Below, piece by piece: positions 27,836 to 37,441 of a stretch of DNA of 64,000 bases. The notes under the pieces are model-generated. The model had not been told where the DNA came from. It ran no database searches and worked only from the letters and a program-made list of their open reading frames with translations. The stretch spans positions 1,216,001 to 1,280,000 of the forward strand of contig OY969934.1 in assembly GCA_963704725.1 (NCBI GenBank), given 5' to 3'. The first letter of the stretch is position 1. Each line of letters begins with the position of its first letter. This DNA is from an uncultured Actinomycetes bacterium. GTDB lineage: Bacteria > Actinomycetota > UBA4738 > HRBIN12. A program made the translations under genes and the position numbers.

Positions 27836-29203
27836 TCAGGCCCGCGGCCGGTGGGCCAGGAACTCGAGCAGGTCGCTCCGCGTGAGCACGCCGAGCACCT
27901 GCCCGGTCTTCACCACGAGGACCGCCGAGGCGTGTTGCAGGGCCTCGAACGCCACCTCGATCGGCTCGTCGAACTCGACCATCGTGAGCGGCGGGCCCAT
28001 CACCTCGGCGACGTCGGCCTGCAACGCGTCCGGGTCGCGGAAGATCCGATCGAGCAGCGCGTTCTCCAGGACGCCGCCCACGAATTGCGCGACGTCCACG
28101 GACGGCTCGCGGACCACGGGGGCCTGCGAGATCGAGTACTCGTGCAGGACGTCGATGGCCTGGCGCACCTTGTCGTGCGCGTTCACCGTGACGAGGGTGG
28201 GGAGCTCGCCGTGCTTGGCGTGCAGGAGCTGCTCGACCCGCACCACCTCGGGGCGTTCCATGAGCCCGTACTGCAGGAGCCAGGCGTCCGAGTAGAGCTT
28301 GGACAGGTAGTTGCGGCCGGTGTCCGGCAGGATCACCACGACGACGTCGTCCGGGCCGAGCTCCCGCGCGACCTCCAGGGCCGCCACCACCGCGGTCCCC
28401 GACGAACCGCCGACGAGGATGCCCTCCTCGCGCGTGATGCGCCGGGCCATGCGGAACGCATCCCGGTCCGAGACCCGAACGTAGCGGTCGATCAGCGACG
28501 GGTCGAACGTCGCAGGCCAGAAGTCCTCGCCGATCCCCTCGGTGAGATAGGGGTGCACGTCACCGGAGTAGATCGAGCCCTCCGGGTCCGCCCCCACCAC
28601 CACGATCTCGGGGTTCTGCGCCTTGAGGAAGCGCGCCGCGCCGGTGATCGTCCCGCCCGTCCCCACGCCCGTCACGAACGCGGTGATCGTCCCGTCGGTC
28701 TGGCGCCAGATCTCCGGCCCCGTCGTGGCCTCGTGGGCCGCCGGGTTCTCCTCGTTGAAGTACTGGTTCGGCTGGAACGCGCCGGGGATCTCCTCGGTGA
28801 GCCGGTCGGCCACGCGGTAGTAGGACTCGGGTGACTCGGGGGCGACGGCGGTCGGCGTGATCACGACCTCGGCGCCGTACGCGCGAAGCAGCGAGATCTT
28901 CTCCTGGCTCATCTTGTCGGGCATCACGAAGATGCATTTGTAGCCGCGGATGGCCGCCGCGATGGCGAGCCCGTGACCGGTGTTGCCGGACGTCGGCTCG
29001 ACGATCGTGCCACCGGGTCGCAGGAGTCCGTCCCGCTCGGCCGCCTCGATCATGCGAAGGCCGATCCGGTCCTTCACGCTCCCGCCGGGGTTCAGCATCT
29101 CGAGCTTCGCGAGCACCGTGGCCGGCGAGCCCCGGCTCACCCGGTTCAGCCGGACGAGCGGCGTCTGCCCCACGGCGTCCAGGAACGACTCGAGCACCTC
29201 CAT
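27836..29203 (-). CDS. cbs: Cystathionine beta-synthase (PLP, C-terminal CBS domains)
   Basis: NPGGSVKDR, EPTSGNTG, GVGTGGT, EGIG, PDTGRNYLSK, CBS pair ending GVLTRSDLL. Confidence 0.93.
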   Translation of the reverse strand: MEVLESFLDAVGQTPLVRLNRVSRGSPATVLAKLEMLNPGGSVKDRIGLRMIEAAERDGLLRPGGTIVEPTSGNTGHGLAIAAAIRGYKCIFVMPDKMSQEKISLLRAYGAEVVITPTAVAPESPESYYRVADRLTEEIPGAFQPNQYFNEENPAAHEATTGPEIWRQTDGTITAFVTGVGTGGTITGAARFLKAQNPEIVVVGADPEGSIYSGDVHPYLTEGIGEDFWPATFDPSLIDRYVRVSDRDAFRMARRITREEGILVGGSSGTAVVAALEVARELGPDDVVVVILPDTGRNYLSKLYSDAWLLQYGLMERPEVVRVEQLLHAKHGELPTLVTVNAHDKVRQAIDVLHEYSISQAPVVREPSVDVAQFVGGVLENALLDRIFRDPDALQADVAEVMGPPLTMVEFDEPIEVAFEALQHASAVLVVKTGQVLGVLTRSDLLEFLAHRPRA

Positions 29204-29391
29204 GCGCCCTCTCCTCGTCCGCCTTCCGGGTCCCCGTCCGCGACGACCGACATGGTGTCACGAACCCGGCCCCCTGGTCGCGCGGGTCCGGGTCCGGCGA
29301 CGGTCCGGCCTGCGGAAACGCCTGGTGCGCTCGTACCGCTACACCCGCCGGGGTATCCTGCCGATTCCTCTCCCGGACAAGGGGATCGCTG

Positions 29392-30363
29392 ATGGCGTCG
29401 GTCGAGGATGCGAACGGCGAGGCCACCGCACCGGGTGGGGGGTCGGTGCTGGTCGTCGACGACGATCCCTTCATCGCGCGTCTCCTCGAGATCGAGCTGA
29501 AGGCCGCGGGCTACGAGGTCCGGGTGGCGGGCGACGGCCGCCAGGCGCTCGACCTCGCCACGGAGGATTGCCCCGACCTCGTGCTGGCCGACGTGATGAT
29601 GCCCAACATGGACGGGTTCGAGCTCACGCGGCAGCTCCGCCAGGACAGCCGGACGGCGTCGGTGAGCGTGATCATGCTGACCGCACGCGGGCTGTCGGCG
29701 GACAAGCTCGAGGGTTTCTCCGTCGGCGCGGACGACTACATCGTCAAGCCGTTCGACACGCCCGAGCTGCTCGCCCGGATCCGTGGCGTGTTGCGGCGAG
29801 CCAAGGAGATGCGGCAGCAGTCCCCGCTCACGGGACTGCCAGGCAACGTCCGGATCGAGGACGAGATCGAGGGGCGTGTGCGGCAGGGCGCGAGCTTCGC
29901 CGTGTTGTACGCCGACCTCGATCACTTCAAGGCGTTCAACGACCATTACGGGTTCATGCGCGGCGACCAGGTGATCCAGTTCACCGCCGCGTTGATGCAG
30001 GACGTGGGCCGGGAGTTCGGCGCCCCCGGCACGTTCGTGGGCCACGTGGGCGGTGACGATTTCGTGATGGTGTGCGAAGCCGACGAGGCGGAGGGGCTCG
30101 CGGAGCGCATCGTCCGCCGGTTCGACGAGGCCGTGCCGGGCATGTACGACCCGGACGACCGCACCCGGGGCCACATCCTCCTCGTCACCCGCCGGGGTGA
30201 TCACCAGGAGTTCCCGTTCCTGTCGATCTCGATCGGGGTCGCGACCACCGCCAAGCGCTCGTTCCGCCACTTCGCCGAGGCGGTGGCCATCGCCACCGAG
30301 ATGAAGTCGTTCACGAAGGCGACCGCCGGCTCGTCCTGGGCGGTCGACCGCCGGAGCACCTAG
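29392..30363 (+). CDS. Response regulator with GGDEF domain (diguanylate cyclase)
   Basis: REC (VVDDD, DVMMP, KPF); PLTGLPGN, DLDHFKAFNDHYG..GD, GHVGGDDF. Confidence 0.9.
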   Translation: MASVEDANGEATAPGGGSVLVVDDDPFIARLLEIELKAAGYEVRVAGDGRQALDLATEDCPDLVLADVMMPNMDGFELTRQLRQDSRTASVSVIMLTARGLSADKLEGFSVGADDYIVKPFDTPELLARIRGVLRRAKEMRQQSPLTGLPGNVRIEDEIEGRVRQGASFAVLYADLDHFKAFNDHYGFMRGDQVIQFTAALMQDVGREFGAPGTFVGHVGGDDFVMVCEADEAEGLAERIVRRFDEAVPGMYDPDDRTRGHILLVTRRGDHQEFPFLSISIGVATTAKRSFRHFAEAVAIATEMKSFTKATAGSSWAVDRRST

Positions 30364-31580
30364 ACCGGATCGGCCTCGTCCGCCGCGCCGCTCCCGCTCA
30401 CGGACCACTCGGACCCTTCCAGCGGACCGGGCCGGCCCAGGTAGTACCCCTGGCCGAGGCGAACCCCGAGCACCTGCAGGGCGGCGTGCTCCTCCTCGGT
30501 CTCGACGCCCTCGGCGATGACCTCGATCGACATCTCCTCGGCGAACGAGATCAAGGCGGCCGCGAGCGCCCGGCGCCGCGGATCGGAGTCGATGTTCGCG
30601 GTCAGGCTCACGTCGATCTTGATGATCTCGGGTGCGATCAGCAGGATGTGACGGAGGCTGGCGAAGCCGGCCCCCGCGTCGTCGATCGCCACCCGGCAGC
30701 CGAGCTCGCGCAGGCTCCGCAGGGACTCGGTGAGGCGGTCGTAATCCGTCACCGCCTCGTGCTCCGTGATCTCGATCACGACGCGAGACGCATCCGTCAT
30801 GGCGAGCGCGTCGCGGAGGTCGTCGGACTGGGCGGTCCGATGAGAGGCGTTGATCGAAAGGTAGGCGCCGGAGGGGACCAGCGGCATCGAGGCCAGCGCG
30901 TCGCGGGCGCACGCCAGCTCGAGGTCCTGCCCCAGGTCGGCCTCGGCCGCTTCGGCGAACCAGCGCTCGACGGGCCACGGGTCGTCGGCGGGTTCGAAGC
31001 GCGCGAGCGCCTCCATGCCGACGAGCCGGTGGCTCACGAGCTCCATGATCGGCTGGAAGGCCATCGTGCGGCCCTCGCCCTCGATCGCCGTCATGATGCG
31101 TTCGGTGCGCGATCGGCGTTCGGTGGAGAGGACCTCCTCGCGCTCGAGCTGGTCGGCGAGGTCCTTCACCATCCCCGACATCACCTCGGGGGATATGCTG
31201 GGGACCCCTCGGGCCGCCCGGCGGATCGCGCCGAGGATCTCGGACGGCTGCGTCCCCTTCACCAGGTAGCCGACGGCCCCGCCCTGCAGCATCCGCACGA
31301 CGGTGGCCCGGTCGTCGACCGCCGTGTGCGCGAGCACGCGGGTCGAGGGGAGCCGCCGTCGGAGCTCCTCGGCCACGCGCAACCCGCCGCCCGCCGGCAT
31401 CCGGACGTCGACGAGCGCGACGTCGGGCTTGGTCTGCTCGGCCAGCGCGATGGCCTCGTCGGCGTCCTTGGCCTGGCCGACGAGCTCGAAGTCATAGTCG
31501 GATGCGACGAGGTCGGCCAGCGCCGTCCGAAGGACCGGCTCGTCGTCCGCGATCAGCACGCGGATCGCTTCCTCCCCCAC
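30360..31580 (-). CDS. Response regulator with EAL domain (c-di-GMP phosphodiesterase)
   Basis: REC, then FQPI, EALARF, SIN, EITE, DDAGAG, KID, EGVE, QGY; TACGGT 7 nt before GTG 31580. Confidence 0.9.
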   Translation of the reverse strand: MGEEAIRVLIADDEPVLRTALADLVASDYDFELVGQAKDADEAIALAEQTKPDVALVDVRMPAGGGLRVAEELRRRLPSTRVLAHTAVDDRATVVRMLQGGAVGYLVKGTQPSEILGAIRRAARGVPSISPEVMSGMVKDLADQLEREEVLSTERRSRTERIMTAIEGEGRTMAFQPIMELVSHRLVGMEALARFEPADDPWPVERWFAEAAEADLGQDLELACARDALASMPLVPSGAYLSINASHRTAQSDDLRDALAMTDASRVVIEITEHEAVTDYDRLTESLRSLRELGCRVAIDDAGAGFASLRHILLIAPEIIKIDVSLTANIDSDPRRRALAAALISFAEEMSIEVIAEGVETEEEHAALQVLGVRLGQGYYLGRPGPLEGSEWSVSGSGAADEADPV

Positions 31581-31654
31581 AGCGTGGACCGTAGCCGCGG
31601 GTGGCGGCGCCCGCAACGGCGTTCGGCCCTATCATCCGATCGGAGGTGGGCCAT

Positions 31655-33307
31655 ATGAGCGCGCGCGAGATCCGAGCGCCCCGCGGGAGCGAGCGGTCGT
31701 GCAAGGGCTGGCCGCAGGAGGCCGCCCTTCGGATGCTGATGAACAACCTCGATCCGGACGTGGCCGAGCGTCCGCAGGACCTGGTCGTGTACGGGGGGAC
31801 GGGCCGCGCCGCCCGGTCGTGGGAGGCGTTCGACGCGATCGTGCGCACGCTCCGTGGCCTCGAGTCGGACGAGACGATGCTCGTGCAATCGGGCAAACCG
31901 GTCGGCGTGTTCCGCACCCATCCCATGGCGCCGCGCGTGCTCATCTCGAACGCCATGCTCGTGCCCAAGTGGGCGGACTGGGACACGTTCCGCGAGCTCG
32001 AGCACGCCGGGCTCACGATGTACGGGCAGATGACGGCGGGGTCGTGGATCTACATCGGGACCCAGGGCATCCTCCAGGGCACGTACGAGACCTTCGGCGA
32101 GGCCGCCCAGCAGCGGTTCGGGGGGTCGCTCAAGGGCACCGTGACGCTCACGGGAGGGCTCGGGGGCATGGGCGGGGCCCAGCCCCTGGCCGTGACGATG
32201 AACGAGGGGGTCGTCCTGTGCGTGGAGGTCGACCCGTCCAGGATCGAGCGACGGATCAAGACACGGTACCTGGACCGCGAGACGGACGACCTCGCACAGG
32301 CGCTGACGTGGACCGAGGAGGCTCGGGCCGCGGGCGAGGCGATCTCGATCGGCCTCGTCGGCAACTGCGCCGACGTGCTGCCCGAGCTGCTGGACCGGGG
32401 GTTCCGGCCCGACCTCGTCACCGATCAGACGAGCGCCCACGACCCGCTCGGGGGCTACGTCCCCGCCGGGCTCTCGCTCGAGGAGGCGGCCTCGCTCCGG
32501 GAGCGAGACCCGGCCGAGTACCAGGACCGCGCCCACCGCTCGATGGCCCGGCACGTCGAGGCCATGGTCGGGTTCCTCGACGCGGGGGCGTTGGTGTTCG
32601 ACTACGGGAACAACCTCCGGGCCGGCGCCGAGGTCGGGGGGTACGACCGCGCCTACGCCTACCCGGGGTTCGTCCCGGCGTTCGTCCGGCCGATGTTCTG
32701 CGAGGGAAAGGGGCCGTTCCGGTGGGCCGCGCTGTCCGGCGACCCCGAGGACATCCTCAAGACGGACGCCGCCGTGGCGGGGCTGTTCCCGGGGAACGAA
32801 CGGCTGCAGCGATGGCTGGCCATGGCGGAGGAGCGCGTGGCGTACCAGGGCCTGCCCGCCCGGATCTGCTGGCTCGGCTACGGCGAGCGGGCCAAGGCGG
32901 GCCTTCGGTTCAACGAGATGGTGGCGAGCGGAGAGCTCTCGGCGCCGATCGTGATCGGGCGGGACCACCTCGACTCCGGAAGCGTGGCCAGCCCGTACCG
33001 GGAGACCGAGGCCATGAAGGACGGCTCGGACGCGATCGCCGACTGGCCGATCCTCAACGCGCTGCTGAACACCGCGGCCGGCGCCCACTGGGTGAGCGTC
33101 CACCACGGCGGGGGCGTGGGGATCGGGTACTCGATCCACGCCGGCATGGTCGTGGTGGCCGACGGCACCGAGGAGTCGGCCTATCGCCTCGAGCGCGTCC
33201 TCACCACGGACCCCGGCACGGGCGTGATGCGCCACGCCGACGCCGGCTACGAGGAGGCGCTCGCCGTGGCGAAGGAGCGGGGCGTCCGGCTGCCCTGGCT
33301 GGAGTAG
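31655..33307 (+). CDS. hutU: Urocanate hydratase
   Basis: [58 protein letters not shown]; GGAGG SD. Confidence 0.97.
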   Translation: MSAREIRAPRGSERSCKGWPQEAALRMLMNNLDPDVAERPQDLVVYGGTGRAARSWEAFDAIVRTLRGLESDETMLVQSGKPVGVFRTHPMAPRVLISNAMLVPKWADWDTFRELEHAGLTMYGQMTAGSWIYIGTQGILQGTYETFGEAAQQRFGGSLKGTVTLTGGLGGMGGAQPLAVTMNEGVVLCVEVDPSRIERRIKTRYLDRETDDLAQALTWTEEARAAGEAISIGLVGNCADVLPELLDRGFRPDLVTDQTSAHDPLGGYVPAGLSLEEAASLRERDPAEYQDRAHRSMARHVEAMVGFLDAGALVFDYGNNLRAGAEVGGYDRAYAYPGFVPAFVRPMFCEGKGPFRWAALSGDPEDILKTDAAVAGLFPGNERLQRWLAMAEERVAYQGLPARICWLGYGERAKAGLRFNEMVASGELSAPIVIGRDHLDSGSVASPYRETEAMKDGSDAIADWPILNALLNTAAGAHWVSVHHGGGVGIGYSIHAGMVVVADGTEESAYRLERVLTTDPGTGVMRHADAGYEEALAVAKERGVRLPWLE

Positions 33308-33319
33308 GTGCGGCTCTGC

Positions 33320-34075
33320 CTACCTCGTGTCCGACACGCGCTTCGTCAGCTCTCCGACGATCCACGATCGCTCGACCTCGGCGTCGGGCAGACCCCGGTC
33401 GCCGAGCCCGAGGGCACGCGCGGTCGCCGCGTAGAGCCTCGGCCCGGATCGATACCGTCGGGATCGGCCGTTGCCCTGCGGACGCAGGAGTCCAGCCGCG
33501 ACGGCCCCGGCGAGGTCGTTGGTCGCCGTCGCGACACTCACGTCGGCGAGGGGCCGGTAGTACCGGGGCGTCACGTCCCGGCCGAAGAACCCATCCCAGA
33601 CGGCGTTGGTCACGCGCGCGTCGAGGCCCGCATCCAGGATCGTCTGTTCGAGCGCCAACCAGAGCTGCCGCTGAACCCGCTCGCGGAGATCGAGTGCGCG
33701 AACCTGGTGAACCTGCGCCTCGATGTGCGAGCGTAGGAAGCTCGTCACATCCCTGTTGGGGTCGAACGTCGTCCCGAGCGAATCGAAGGACGCGTAGTAG
33801 TCCTCGAGGTGCCGGCCCCACCACTCCTCGAGAGACGTGAACTCGGGCAGCCTGAACCCGCCTCGGTACATGGCCAACGATGCGGCGACCCTCGACGTTC
33901 GTCCGTTTCCGTCCCGGAACGGGTGGATCGCCGCCAGCGCCACGTGGATCCAGGCGGCACCGACGGCCGGGTGTGCGTGCCCGCCCTCCATCGACGCGCA
34001 GGCGAGGTCCACGAGCTCGGCCAGCTGCTGCGAGGCGGGTGGCTCGAAGACGGTGTCGCCCGACCGTCGATTCAC
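33320..34075 (-). CDS. Fic family protein, probably 5'-truncated
   Basis: HPFRDGNGRTSR Fic motif, C-terminal wHTH-like segment. Fic-like GRFREGPTFIV continues in frame upstream to ~34117 with no start codon before TGA 34139-34141. Confidence 0.8.
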   Translation of the reverse strand: MNRRSGDTVFEPPASQQLAELVDLACASMEGGHAHPAVGAAWIHVALAAIHPFRDGNGRTSRVAASLAMYRGGFRLPEFTSLEEWWGRHLEDYYASFDSLGTTFDPNRDVTSFLRSHIEAQVHQVRALDLRERVQRQLWLALEQTILDAGLDARVTNAVWDGFFGRDVTPRYYRPLADVSVATATNDLAGAVAAGLLRPQGNGRSRRYRSGPRLYAATARALGLGDRGLPDAEVERSWIVGELTKRVSDTR

Positions 34076-34124
34076 GATGAAGGTCGGGCCCTCGCGGAAT
34101 CGACCCGCGCCGGCGCCTACTCCT

Positions 34125-34148
34125 AATCTCCTAGGAATTCAGGAGATT
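34125..34148. repeat. AT-rich inverted repeat AATCTCCT-N8-AGGAGATT
   Basis: Perfect 8-bp arms at 34125-34132 and 34141-34148, at the break point of the Fic gene. Confidence 0.6.
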
Positions 34149-34202
34149 GTTCGCCGATTCACCTACCACGCGGCGATATCACGCACGGTCGGAAGGGCAG
34201 CG

Positions 34203-34679
34203 TCAAGCCCGGCCGCCGTTGCCGGAGGCGTGGTCGGCCGCCTCCGACGAGGCGTAGCCGGGATCCGTCCGGTACACGAGGTAGTCGACGGAGGCCCAGA
34301 TCGACTTCGAGAAGGGCCAGAACAGGAGCGGAACGACGATCGCGACGCCGATCGAGGCGATCGTCAGCGCGGCCACGTGCACGTCGGGCAGGTCGACGAC
34401 GAGCCAGACGATCAGCAGCGCGAGCCACACGACCGCCGTGACCCCATAGTTCACGACCATCGCGCCGAGGAACCCGCCCTCCTCCCGTTCCAGGCGGAGG
34501 CCGCACCGCGGGCAGCGCTGCCGGATCCTGAACCAGGACGCGAAGAGCCCGCCCCCACCGCATCGGGGGCACCGCCGGACCGCCCCGCGCGCCAACGTGG
34601 CGAACCCGCCCGGCCCCCTGCTGGGGCGGTCAGCGGACGGAGCCGCCGGGCGGTCGAGGTCGTCGAACGGCCCGCTCAT
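34203..34679 (-). CDS. DUF983 domain-containing membrane protein
   Basis: RCPRCGGGGLF...CPRCGL..REEGGFLGA, two TM segments, PFSKSIW. Confidence 0.82.
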   Translation of the reverse strand: MSGPFDDLDRPAAPSADRPSRGPGGFATLARGAVRRCPRCGGGGLFASWFRIRQRCPRCGLRLEREEGGFLGAMVVNYGVTAVVWLALLIVWLVVDLPDVHVAALTIASIGVAIVVPLLFWPFSKSIWASVDYLVYRTDPGYASSEAADHASGNGGRA

Positions 34680-34740
34680 CGGTTCCTACCGTACGCGCCG
34701 GCGTCCCGCGGGCGGAAGGGAACCGCTAGCCTTCGGAGCC

Positions 34741-36273
34741 GTGCCGGTACGCGTGGGAGAGCCGCTGTCGCTTCGCGACGTCGTCGAGGTCGCGAACGGC
34801 GGCGCCGTCGAGCTCGGCCCGGCCGCGGCCGAGCGGATCCGGGCGGCGCGCGCGGTGGTGGAGCGCGTCGTCGCCTCGAACGCGACCGTCTACGGCGTCA
34901 CCACGGGGTTCGGCAGCCTGGCGAACGTGCGCATCGATCCCGGCGAGGCCGACGCGCTCCAGCGCGCCATCGTCCGGTCCCACGCGACGGCCGTCGGCCG
35001 TCCGCTCTCCCGGCAGGAGGCGCGGGCGATGCTGCTGCTCCGGGCGCACGTGCTCGCGCTCGGCCACTCGGGCGTGCGCGTGGAGATCGTCGAGCGGATG
35101 GTCGAGCTGCTCAACCTCGACCTCGTGCCGGTCGTGCCCGAGCAGGGCTCGCTCGGCGCCTCCGGCGACCTGGCGCCGCTGGCGAACCTGGCGCTCCCGC
35201 TCCTCGGGCTCGGTCGGGTGTTCGAAGGACCGGAGCCGGAGCCGGTGCCGGCCGTGGACGCGCTCGCGCGGGCCGGCCTCGCGCCGATCGAGCTGCGCGC
35301 GAAGGAGGGGCTCGCGCTCGTCAACGGCACCCAGGGGATGCTGGCGATCGGAGTCCTCGCGGCGGATCGCGCCGCCCGGCTCGTCCGCACCGGCGAGGCC
35401 GTGGCCGCGATGAGCATCGAGGCGGCGCTCGGCTCGGACCGGGTGTTCGACGAGCGGCTCGTGTCGCTTCGGCCGCACCCGGGCGTGATCGCGTCCGCCT
35501 CGAACCTGCGACGGCTCCTCGCCGACAGCGAGATCGTGGCGTCGCACCGCGACGACCCGCATCTCGTGCAGGACGCGTACTCGCTCCGCTGCGCGCCCCA
35601 GGTGATCGGTGCGACGCGGGACGCGCTCCGGTACGCGACGTCCGTGCTCGAGGTCGAGGCGAACGCCGTCTCCGACAACCCGATCGTGCTCGCCGACGGC
35701 GACGAGATCCTGTCCGGCGGCAACTTCCACGGGCAGCCCGTGGCCGTGGCGCTCGACGCCCTCGCCGTGGCGATCGTTCCGCTGGCCGGCATCGCCGAGC
35801 GCCGCCTCTACCGCATGCTCGATCCGGTGCGCAGCAACGGGCTTCCGGCGTTCCTGGTGCAGCGGAGCGGCGTGAACTCGGGGTTCATGCTCGTGCAGTA
35901 CACCGCCGCGTCGCTGGTCTCGGAGTGCAAGAGCCTGGCGCATCCCGCGTCGGTGGACTCGATCGACTCGTCGGCGGGTCAGGAGGACCACGTGAGCATG
36001 GGCATGACCGCCGCCCGGCACGCCCGCGACGTGGTCGCGAACGCCGAGGTGGTCGTGGCGCTCGAGGCGATGGCGGCGGCGCAGGCCCTGGACCTCCGGT
36101 TGCCGCTCGAGCCCGCCTCCGGCACGCGCGCCGCCCGCGACGCGATCCGTGCCCGGGTCCCGTTCCTCGACGCCGACCGCGAGCTGGGACCGGACATCGA
36201 GGCCACCGTGGACCTGGTGCGGAGCGGCGAGCTCGTCACCGCGGTCGAGGGGGCGGTCGGCCCGCTGGAGTGA
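34741..36273 (+). CDS. hutH: Histidine ammonia-lyase
   Basis: YGVTTGFG, RSH, GASGDLAPL (MIO-forming ASG), KEGLALVNGT, QDAYSLRC, GGNFHG, QEDHVSM. Confidence 0.95.
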   Translation: MPVRVGEPLSLRDVVEVANGGAVELGPAAAERIRAARAVVERVVASNATVYGVTTGFGSLANVRIDPGEADALQRAIVRSHATAVGRPLSRQEARAMLLLRAHVLALGHSGVRVEIVERMVELLNLDLVPVVPEQGSLGASGDLAPLANLALPLLGLGRVFEGPEPEPVPAVDALARAGLAPIELRAKEGLALVNGTQGMLAIGVLAADRAARLVRTGEAVAAMSIEAALGSDRVFDERLVSLRPHPGVIASASNLRRLLADSEIVASHRDDPHLVQDAYSLRCAPQVIGATRDALRYATSVLEVEANAVSDNPIVLADGDEILSGGNFHGQPVAVALDALAVAIVPLAGIAERRLYRMLDPVRSNGLPAFLVQRSGVNSGFMLVQYTAASLVSECKSLAHPASVDSIDSSAGQEDHVSMGMTAARHARDVVANAEVVVALEAMAAAQALDLRLPLEPASGTRAARDAIRARVPFLDADRELGPDIEATVDLVRSGELVTAVEGAVGPLE

Positions 36274-36280
36274 CCGGCCG

Positions 36281-37441
36281 TCAGTGGTACACGACCACGC
36301 GCGTCCCGTAGTCCGCGAGGCCGTACACCCAGAGCGCGTTCCAGTAGGGGATCCGGACGCAGCCGTGGCTCGCCGCGTAGGTCGGCACGTCCGTCCAGCC
36401 GTGCAGCGCCCGGTTCCCGTCGAAGAAGCTCGGGTAGTAGAGATGGTTCGGGCTGAACCCGGCGATCTTGCGGACGACATGGAAGAGCCCGTCCCGGGTG
36501 GGGGTGCTCGGCTTGCCGGTTGAGACGTGCAGGATGTCGATGATCTCGCCCTCGGAGACCGCGTACAGGACCTGGCGTGTCTGGTCCACCTCGAAGTGGA
36601 AGTCGTGCCAGGTCCGGCGGGGCCGGGGGGTCCTTGGGTCGGCCAGCGCCCGCCACGTGGCCGTATCGACGGAGGAGGTCCGGCTCATCCCCTGCACCTT
36701 GTGGAACGCGATGACGGCGTCCCCGGTGCGCGAGTCGTAGAGGCCGTCCGTCGCGCCGACCAGCCGGTAGTGCAGCTCGACGAGTCGCGCCTCCAGCGCT
36801 CGGACGGGGGCGCCGCGCGAGCCGACGTGCAGGGACGGCATCGCCGTCGCCTGCGGATCCGTCACGTCGACGTCTCCCACCAGGTCCTCGGCGGCGAACG
36901 ACGCGCGGGCCCGGTAGGTCCCCGGCTGCGTCGTCCGGAACGTGGCGTGGAATCCGCCGGCGCTTCCCATCGCGACCCGGCGCTCCTGGAGGACGCGCCC
37001 GCCCTGCACGAGCGCGACGTCCACGGGCTCGCCGGGCCTCGCGGGCCTGACCGAGCCGCGGATCGAGACGCGACCGAACAGCCGGATCTCCGACATCCGC
37101 ACCGCGACGACCGCGCGCACCGAGACCGTCACCTCGCCGCTCGCGGCCCCGTTCCACTCCGCGTGGTACGCGTCCGTTCGCTGCGGCTGGACGGAGACCG
37201 AGAACCGGCCGCCGGCGTCCGTCGTCGCGGTGCCGACCGCCTGGCCCGTCCCGTTCAGGACGCGGACGCTCTGGCCGGCGGACGGCGGCGAGATCTCGCC
37301 GGACAGCTCCACCCGAGCCCCGATCGAAACCCGATGGACCGACGTCTCGAGCGTGACGGACCCGGTCGTCTGCGCCCCGGCGGCGATCGGCCACGCCATG
37401 GCGGCGACGAGCAGGACGGCGAGCGGGAGGGGTCGCCTCAT
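36281..37441 (-). CDS. Secreted L,D-transpeptidase with peptidoglycan-binding domain
   Basis: Signal peptide, Ig-like repeats, GSRG..V..LE.RL PG-binding motif, HG...ASHGCVR YkuD motif; ATGA overlap with hutI. Confidence 0.88.
   Translation of the reverse strand: MRRPLPLAVLLVAAMAWPIAAGAQTTGSVTLETSVHRVSIGARVELSGEISPPSAGQSVRVLNGTGQAVGTATTDAGGRFSVSVQPQRTDAYHAEWNGAASGEVTVSVRAVVAVRMSEIRLFGRVSIRGSVRPARPGEPVDVALVQGGRVLQERRVAMGSAGGFHATFRTTQPGTYRARASFAAEDLVGDVDVTDPQATAMPSLHVGSRGAPVRALEARLVELHYRLVGATDGLYDSRTGDAVIAFHKVQGMSRTSSVDTATWRALADPRTPRPRRTWHDFHFEVDQTRQVLYAVSEGEIIDILHVSTGKPSTPTRDGLFHVVRKIAGFSPNHLYYPSFFDGNRALHGWTDVPTYAASHGCVRIPYWNALWVYGLADYGTRVVVYH

Noticed and set aside
29204-29391. Possible SAM/SAH riboswitch upstream of cbs
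   Set aside because: No recognisable SAM-I, SAM-IV or SAH consensus; only generic GC-rich pairing.
29920-30065. GGDEF as a Hypr-type (3',3'-cGAMP) cyclase
   Set aside because: The specificity position reads NDHYGFMRGD (Asp), not the Ser of Hypr enzymes, so c-di-GMP is expected.
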